Source of the DNA: Leucoraja erinacea
Lineage: Eukaryota
NCBI RefSeq assembly: GCF_028641065.1
Contig: NC_073426.1
Coordinates: 1,178,001 to 1,237,314 of the forward strand
Reading direction: 5' to 3'
DNA length: 59,314 bases
The position numbers and the translations under genes are program-made. Below the pieces are notes generated by a model. That model saw only the letters and a program-made list of their open reading frames with translations, did not search any database and was not told the origin of the DNA. Positions 52,036 through 59,314 of the stretch are shown here, in pieces (positions within the stretch are counted from its first letter, which is position 1; each line of letters starts with the position of its first letter).

Positions 52036-52332
52036 CTGGTACTTTCACTTTATACTCGTTCTGGTTGTGCTGAACCACGCAGAAGATGTCACCTCCCGCT
52101 GCCGCCGCCGCGGTGATGGTTAACTCGCTGCTCCGGGTGTAAGTTCCCAACTTATTGAACACTGCCGGGTAGTCCTTCACTCCGTCGTCCAGTTGTATAT
52201 CATCTTTCTTCCAAGAAACACTGGCGCCCGCAGGGGAATAGCCCAACGCCAAACAACCATAGGTGAACGAACCACCGGAGCCTTGATCCTCGCAGGTGAA
52301 GAGAATGAAGGGACTGGGCGCGGATGGAGCCG
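52036..52332 (-). CDS. IGHM: IgM constant exon CH1
   Basis: Acceptor ttgcAG; APSAPSPFILFTCEDQGSGGSFTYGCLALGYSPAGASVSWKKD...DIFCVVQH..KVP; C1-set Cys/Trp/Cys pattern; 297 nt, phase 1-1; donor GTTTGT. Confidence 0.93.
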
Positions 52333-52619
52333 CTGCAAAGCAAAGGCCACATGAATGTTAAACTCTCTCTCTCTCTCTTGTCTATTTCATGCAACTTCAC
52401 CTGAGTATCACACACTATTAGTTAATCATTCCGCCTTGATCCCACCTTGGAAAACATTGGCTGAAAACGTCTTGGGTGCCAATATCTGGCAGTTACTGCC
52501 AAATGTACGCACAATTTCGAGTTGGAAATATATCGATAGGCCTCCAGTATTAATTACTGTAAAATTCCCAGGATTTCTCAGGAATGCTCAATGGCTATAA
52601 CTAACGTTGGCGTATGTGT

Positions 52620-53045
52620 TACAATCTCACCAAACTCCTTGTTGCGACTGGGGATGATGGAGCAAGGGCGGATCTACGGGATACAGTGTAGACACGTGTG
52701 AGAGTCTCGTCTATTGTAAAAGTGGAGAATACCCGCTCCCTAAAGAATGAGGACCTCGGATATCCTGGGATGGAACAACTCATCTTGGGAGCAGTTGCAC
52801 GGAGATGGATGAATTTGGAAATAGGCCATAGAATCTTTGCAGGAGGCAAGGTTGGAAGAGGTGTAGTCCTGATAGCTGTGGGAGTCCGTAGATTTGTCAT
52901 TTACGTCAGTCGATAGTCTATCTCCTGCGATGGAGACGGTGAGATCAACAAAGGGGAGGTATGTGTCGGGGATAGACCCGGGGAATTTGATCGTACGGTC
53001 AAAGTTTGTAGACAATGAAGTCGATGAGTTCTGCATGGGTACAGG
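52620..53045 (-). mobile_element. Penelope RT remnant in the J-CH1 intron
   Basis: LPFVDLTVSIAGDRLSTDV..KSTDSHSY.DYTSS. Confidence 0.7.
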
Positions 53046-56000
53046 AGGAAGAGTTCGGGGAATCGGCCAGTTTGTGTCAGGGGTTGTCCCGTGTACCCAA
53101 CTAAATGGAAATTGGTGAAATGATGTGCAATGTTGGAAACAACATTTTCTCTGCTATTTGAATCGAACAGTTATCCCACTAATCCGTGAACAGAGTGGGA
53201 ATTGAAATCAATGGTTCAAACGAGGGTTTGACTGACGTTCAAAATTACATATGCATTTATTTAATTAAAATTAAATAATTTTGGTAGGTTTCGCTTGGGC
53301 CACTGAGAGTGCCCGTGGCTAAACTTTTGATTTGAAGGAAGAGGGAAGAGTTTTTGTCATAAATGGTTCAGAGATTATCCGATAAAATCAGAAACAATGG
53401 AAGGATGGCTGTGGTTTCCACATCGGGTCCCGAACATAATTTGGGAGAAGACAAAAAATAAACAATCACAATCTTGTTCGTGTAATTTGGCCTTGAATGT
53501 GTCCATCGAACGAAACCAACTAAGGGGGTGGATGGGATTGAAATGGTAGCGACAAATAACACACTTCAAATGTTACTTTTTAACTGTATTTTGTTGTCCC
53601 ATCACTCACGAAAATATACCGATCATTTCTATGTCGACCGTAATTGCAAGGACATTCCAAAAAGCAAACCAGCCGGCAAGAACATCACATTCATACCAGA
53701 TTAAAAACATGTATGAGATTGCATTGGTAAGGATTAAAAAGAACTCCCTCAATATAATATCTGAATTAGTAAAGGTTATGTACCACAACATCTGGAAACT
53801 AAATGTAGCATATAAATTGTAACAACATGTTAATACTTCGTAATTAAATAAATTGGCACATGTTTCAAATGTTTGTCTGTGTGCATCATTGCCTCAATGA
53901 AATCAATAATAATCAATTAAAATTAATGTTGATGCAATTCAGTTCAGTTTCCAGCATCTTTAAAACGAGTTTACGTTTACAATGTGATCGGCACGGAAGA
54001 ACGAATGATTAACATTGTATCACTGTGTTCAAGAAGGAACTGCAGATGCTGGAAAATCGAAGGTACACAAAAAAGCTGGAGAAACTCAGCGGGTGCAGCA
54101 GCATCTACGGAGCGAAGGAAAAGGGCAACGTTTCGGGCCGAAACCCCTTCTTCAGACGGGTTTGTATCATTGTAAACATTGTATCACTGTCCGATAGGAA
54201 ACGAATATCAAATATACCAATTATAAATTATAACCTGCAATCTATTAAAACATATCTGAGTTTGCTTCGTGACTTTAACAGGAAAAGGATTTCATTCATA
54301 TAGAGGAAGTTTACTTAGAATAGTGAAAATGCACAATGTTGCTAAATCAATGTCTTAATTAAATAAATGCAAATGTAAATTTGAACGCCACTCAAACCCT
54401 CCTTTAAGCCATGGATTTCAATTCGCACTCTGTTCAATGATTAATGGGATACCCTGTTTTGTAATTAAAATTAAGATAGCGGAGTCAGGGGATATGGGGA
54501 GAAGGCAGGAAAGGGGACTGATTGGGGAAGATCAGCCATGATCACATTAAATGGCGGTGCTAGCTCGAAGGACCGAATGGCCTCTACTCCTGCACCTATT
54601 GTCTAAATTAGCAGAGAAAATTCCGTTTCCAACATTCCATTTTTCCCAATTTCTCATTTTTTTTACCGCAACTATTCGTAAAACGGACATTTTTCATTAG
54701 CAATTCAGTAGAGGAACATTTTGTTTAAATGACATTTGGATCCATAGACAAACACGAATTCAAATTCGCTTTCTAATAAATCCACGGATTACAAATTATT
54801 CAAGAACTGCATCTCCCCGTTTTACATTCAACGCATTTTCCAAATGGGAAAACTCGTGATCTTTGACATAAAACAGAGAAATGGGTCATTGGGTTAGGCA
54901 GCATTTGTGGAAAGAGGAAAGCAAGCATTTGCCAGGTCGACTATCGTTGGGAGAATAAACCATGGCGAATTCAGTTTCGATTAGAGATATAGCATAGAAA
55001 TAGATCCTTCTGCCAACCAAATCCACGGCGACACACAAGTTCCACGTTATCTCACCCCCGACCCACCCGGGTCAATCACCCGGGTCAATTAACCTGCAAA
55101 CCTGCACTCTTTTGGGTTGTGGGAGGAAAGCAGAGAACCAGTAACAAACCGCAGGGAGAACGCACAGTTCTCAGTCTGCACCTGATTTCAGGAACGAAGT
55201 CGTGTCTCTGGCGCTACCAGCTGTCATTCGGCTCCCCTCTATGGGATTTGTCTTTCGCCACAGGCTGCGTGACCCTCTAGGTGTTTGCAACATTTACTCT
55301 TCCTATTTATGATTTCTAATAATTTCTTGTTATTTTTATTTTTAAACATATATCTTCTTTGCGTTTATTGAAATAACCGAATCGGACACTTCATACAACA
55401 GCAATACCCGGTCGCTGCCAATCGAATGGAACGTACAAACACGTCCAATTACGCACCAAATATCGTCTCCCACAATGACCGGCTGAATCATACCGCCGAT
55501 GGGATCAATCGCTCAACACAAATTTGCTGAAACTCTTCACAAAAATCCAAATATCTCTGTCCAAAGACCACCGAAATTCATTGTTCCATTGACCACCGAG
55601 CCAATCATTGTTGAAATAACGAGGAATAACACAATACACGTGGATTACATAGATAACATTTCCATATAATGTGAATTTCATTCAGTTCCTCCGTCACGCT
55701 AGTTCCTCTGTCCCCTATTACACCCGGTACATTGTCATTCTGTAGATCGCGTTTCACGGACTTTGCTTTCTTAGCTTTGCTGTATCATTGGTTCACATGG
55801 CCAACTCATTGTACTTCAAGATAGACACAAAAAGTTGTAGTAACTCAGCGGGAGAAGCAGAGTTACTCCAGCTTTGTGTCAATCGGCAACATAAATCAGC
55901 ATCCACAGTTCCTCCCTATTCATTGTACTTCAAGATATATAACTGACGCTGAACCTTGCTGTCTGTGTTTTGCTGCAAGAACATTTTACTTCGTCCATGC

Positions 56001-56500
56001 AAGTTTTGTTAGCGATTGGATTAAAGTTGGCAAGGTGATTCCACCAATTAATACATACACTTTAAAAACTTGAACATTTTACACCCAGGATTTATCCGTT
56101 TGTGTCGTTTGTTTCATATGCGCTGAGAAGAAACAAACTGAGACAAAGTACCTGCTGTTGATCAGAAAATACAGTTCGATGCATCGCAGATCAAGGACCA
56201 CAACAATCTCAAACAATTAGAAAGCCTAGTGAAAGCAAATTGATGCACATTTTCCCACTAATTTGGAACTTAAACCGAATCCGTTTCATAGTCAAAGGAT
56301 CGAAAGTCATAGCACACAAGGCAAGTTTAAATCGTGAATATCACTGCAGCGGAATCACATAACATTCTAAAGCAACATCGATCCAACATTGCAATGAATG
56401 GGTCATTAATGTAGAAGAACAATTTAATATAATTATTGGAAATATCGAGTAAAATAACAACTGGATACATCTAGATACTGAATAGGATGAAGTTTCTTAC

Positions 56501-56548
56501 CGTTGGTTACCGTCAACATGGTGCCTCCTCCCCAGTAGTCAAGATAGT
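56501..56548 (-). CDS. IGHJ: IgH J segment (YLDYWGGGTMLTVTN)
   Basis: WGxG motif; 23-RSS CACAGTG (56549-56555) - 23 - ACAATAACA (56579-56587); phase-1 donor GTAAG at 56500. Confidence 0.97.
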
Positions 56549-56914
56549 CACAGTGTTACATTCTATGGGCTTCCTCGCACAATAACATGATCTGCACAAG
56601 GTAGGCAAAAAAGAACAAAATTCCTGTAATTATTCGTATTTCACATCGAAGGTGAATGACTTATTGCTCTTTGAAAATAATGAATGCGTTAAATAAATCA
56701 TTTCCAACAATAATCAGATACCACGGCTCCGTGTATTAAACAGGGCAGTGAAATGTGATGAGAATTATCTACATATAAAATACAAATTACTTCAAGTTAC
56801 CTATACAACAAAATGTGCGAAAATATTCCTGGACATGTTTATGCTCTTGTTGTATGAAATATTGAATTGAAAATATCATATACTGGCCCAGACCACCGTA
56901 TTATGGGTTGTGGA

Positions 56915-56982
56915 TGTTTTTGTATTGGTAGGAACCGCTGTGCCATCCAGTATACACAGTGAAACATACCATGTCAAATACC
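56915..56982 (-). other. IGHD: IgH D2 segment (coding 56943-56954, TATACTGGATGG) with 12/12 RSSs
   Basis: CACAGTG (56955-56961) - 12 - TCAAATACC (56974-56982) on one side; CACAGCG (56942-56936) - 12 - ACAAAAACA (56923-56915) on the other. Confidence 0.94.
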
Positions 56983-57233
56983 TCGCTCTTCAAGAACTGG
57001 TGTGCATGTACTGCTCACAGACGATGTCCCAGGGGACTCTTCGCTTGTCACTTATACAGCTAAACGCTGTTCTTCTAAAAGCTCATAAAATAACGTTAAT
57101 TGGTCGGAAGAAAGTTGGACATTTCTCAAAACATCCATGTAACTTTAAACGGTGAAATTTTATTTGATTTTTTACTTCACTGGGCCTCTCCTACGGTGCT
57201 TGTAGGTTGGAGCAGGAGAAAACTAGGTGTCCG

Positions 57234-57312
57234 GGTTTTTGTACGGGGAAGTCGCTGTTTGCAGCACCGTGACCCACTGTTGTACACAGTGAGACAGACC
57301 CGCACAAAAACC
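57234..57312 (-). other. IGHD: IgH D1 segment (coding 57272-57284, TACAACAGTGGGT) with 12-RSS and 22-RSS
   Basis: V-facing: CACAGTG (57285-57291) - 12 nt - ACAAAAACC (57304-57312). J-facing: CACGGTG (57271-57265) - 22 nt - ACAAAAACC (57242-57234). Confidence 0.96.
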
Positions 57313-57705
57313 TCCCATGCAGTTCACACTCAGGTTTCATTTGAAACGGCCTTCGACACGATTTTAAAATGGTCCAGCAATTCACAGAGAACACAATATA
57401 GTGACACCAACAATAAAAATATACACAACACCCAACAATAAAATATACACAACACCAACAATCTCCCTGTCATCTCACTTGCATAATGGAATGAGCATAT
57501 TTTTCCTGGTCTATGGTCACAACGCATGGGTATGCGTGAAGCGAATATAAAAAAACTCACCCGAATACGCTGGTTAACATTTTTGAATATCGTGTTGGAT
57601 TTGTGAATGGTACTTTTGCCTCCATTTCCCGACTGTTATTATAGCTGTAGGAATAATTGCTCACCTCTAGTCTTTGATGGTATTTTTTTGGACTTCCTAA
57701 CGTGC

Positions 57706-57742
57706 CGGTCTTGTACGGGTCTGAATATATTGCTCCACTGTG
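57706..57742 (-). other. VH 3' recombination signal sequence (non-canonical)
   Basis: Perfect heptamer CACAGTG (57742-57736), 21-nt spacer, nonamer-like ACAAGACCG (57714-57706) versus consensus ACAAAAACC. Confidence 0.85.
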
Positions 57743-58052
57743 GGCCCTCTCGCACAGTAATAGACAGCCGTGTCTTCGATCTTCAGGCTGCTGGCCGTCA
57801 CGATGAAGATATTATTCGTATTGTCTTTGGACGGAGTAAATTGGCTCTCTATCCCCGGAGCGAAGTACTTGGTGTAAGTAGAACCGTAGTAGGTAAGCAG
57901 CCACTCCAGCCCCTGCCCGGGGACCTGACGGACCAAAGTCATCCAGGAGCTGCCAACACTGAACCCGCTGACTTTACAGTTCAGTGTGATGGAGCCTCCA
58001 GGAGTGGCCGTCTCTGTCTTGGGCTGGGTTAGAACGATATCGGAATGGACAC
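57743..58052 (-). CDS. IGHV: Ig heavy-chain variable (VH) germline segment
   Basis: Acceptor ttgcAG at 58054-58053; [49 protein letters not shown]...[13 protein letters not shown]; both canonical Cys present; followed directly by heptamer CACAGTG. Confidence 0.97.
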
Positions 58053-58225
58053 CTGCAAGTTAAAAACAAGGCATGAATGGCGAGGATAAAATATTGACCA
58101 TTGATCCCCGACTCTAATTATCAAGAGGAAATAATTGGGACGGTTCTAGAGTGGGTAGAAGGGGAATGGTGTAGTGGATACACCACTGAGACACTTGCGT
58201 GGGGAATTTGTCCAACATCACTCAC

Positions 58226-58271
58226 GGACTATTAACGCCAGGAACAAACTCAGTGAAACCGCCGACATCAT
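58226..58271 (-). CDS. IGHV: IgH leader exon (MMSAVSLSLFLALIV + 1 nt)
   Basis: ATG at 58271, hydrophobic signal peptide, 46 nt, phase-1 donor GTGAGT at 58225-58220; splices in frame to the V exon (R-V-H-S|DIVLTQ). Confidence 0.93.
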
Positions 58272-58435
58272 CCCGCTGGGAAGTGTGACCCTGTTGTTTC
58301 TGTACAGAACCTCGCAACAAACCAACTGCAAGGAAGTTGGATTTCGGCCCCTCTTAGAGAGAATTAAATACCCGGCAAAAGAGGGCGCGGCTGTGGGCGG
58401 GACTTGTAAACCGAGTGGTGCAGCGGGCGGAGCTG
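58272..58435 (-). promoter_or_regulatory. Putative VH promoter
   Basis: TATTTAA (58370-58364) about 95 nt upstream of the ATG; GGGCGG boxes near 58395 and 58425; no ATGCAAAT octamer. Confidence 0.5.
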
Positions 58436-59314
58436 AAACACGTAGGCCATTCGGCCCTTCGAGCCTGCACCGCCATTCAATATGATCATGGCTGATCATC
58501 CAACTCAGTATCCTGTACCTGCCTTCTCTCCATACCCCCTAATGCCTTTAGCCACAAGGCCCACATCTAACTCCCTCTTAAATTTAGCCAATGAACTGGC
58601 CTCAACTACCTTTTGTGGCAGAGAATTCCAGAGATTCACCACTCTCTGTGTGAAAAATGTTTTCCTCATCTCGGTCCTAAAAAATTTCCCCCTTATCCTT
58701 AAACTGTGACCCACTTGTTCTGGACTTCCCAAACATCGGGAACAATCTTCCTGCATCTAGCCTGTCCAACCCCTTAAGAATTTTGTAGGTTTCTATAAGA
58801 TCCCTCCTCAATCTTCTAAATTCTAGCGAGTACAAGCCGAGTCTATCCAGTCTTTCTTCATATGAAAGTCCTGACATCCCAGGAATCAGTCTGGTGAACC
58901 TTCTCTGTACTCCCTCTATGGCAAGAATGTATTTCCTCAGATTAGGAGACCAAAACTGTACGCAATACTCCAGGCGTGGTCTCACCAGACCCTGCACTAC
59001 AACTGCAGTAGAACCTCACTGTTCCTATACTCAAATCACACCCTCAAAGTTACCTTTCTTTAAGTTCAGAACCATTGTTTCTGAATTAATGATGTCACTC
59101 TCCATCCTAATGAAGAACTCAACCATATTATGGTCACTCTTGCCCAAGGGGCCACGCACAACAAGACTGCTAACTAACCCTTCCTCATTACTCAATACCC
59201 AGTCTAGAATAGCCTGCTCTCTCGTTGGTTCCTCTACATGTTGGTTTAGAAAACTATCCCACATATATTCCAAGAAATCCTCTTCCTCAGCACCCCTGCC
59301 AATTTGATTCACCC
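58436..59314 (-). mobile_element. CR1 LINE (3' end plus endonuclease fragment) directly upstream of the VH promoter
   Basis: LEYCVQFWSP, FFTQRVVNLWNSLP, ILDWVL..LGKSDH. Confidence 0.88.

Noticed and set aside
45456-52332. IgW or IgNAR identity
   Set aside because: Four CH domains, a mu-type tailpiece, a conventional CH1 and two D segments fit IgM.

Overview
Eukaryotic, repeat-rich vertebrate DNA, almost certainly from a cartilaginous fish (most likely a skate or ray; inferred from the Ig gene organisation). The main gene is a complete, unrearranged chondrichthyan-type IgM heavy-chain cluster on the minus strand (58271 to 45456): leader, VH, D1, D2, JH, CH1-CH4 with secretory tailpiece, TM1 and TM2. 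Splice sites and RSSs can be read directly. As assembled, the cluster has two defects: a 1-nt frameshift at the start of CH3, and a VH RSS with a 21-bp spacer and a degenerate nonamer. The left part holds a C2H2 zinc-finger gene (11 intact fingers, then a decayed tail) behind a CpG island, and an orphan signal-peptide exon with TATA and ISRE-like motifs. A ~13 kb telomere-like (TAAACCCC-type) satellite that flips strand lies in the middle. The rest is nested transposons: CR1, Rex1/Babar, L2, Penelope, Hero-like, tRNA-SINEs, a fold-back ISL2EU-like element, and 35-58 bp MITEs with 8-bp TSDs. There is a 653-bp assembly gap. I found no convincingly new biological system. The most novel-looking items are the crippled IgM cluster, the orphan leader exon, the ultra-short MITEs and a VNTR-bearing composite retroelement. 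Transposon family calls come from recognising motifs, not from database searches, and transposon boundaries are approximate.
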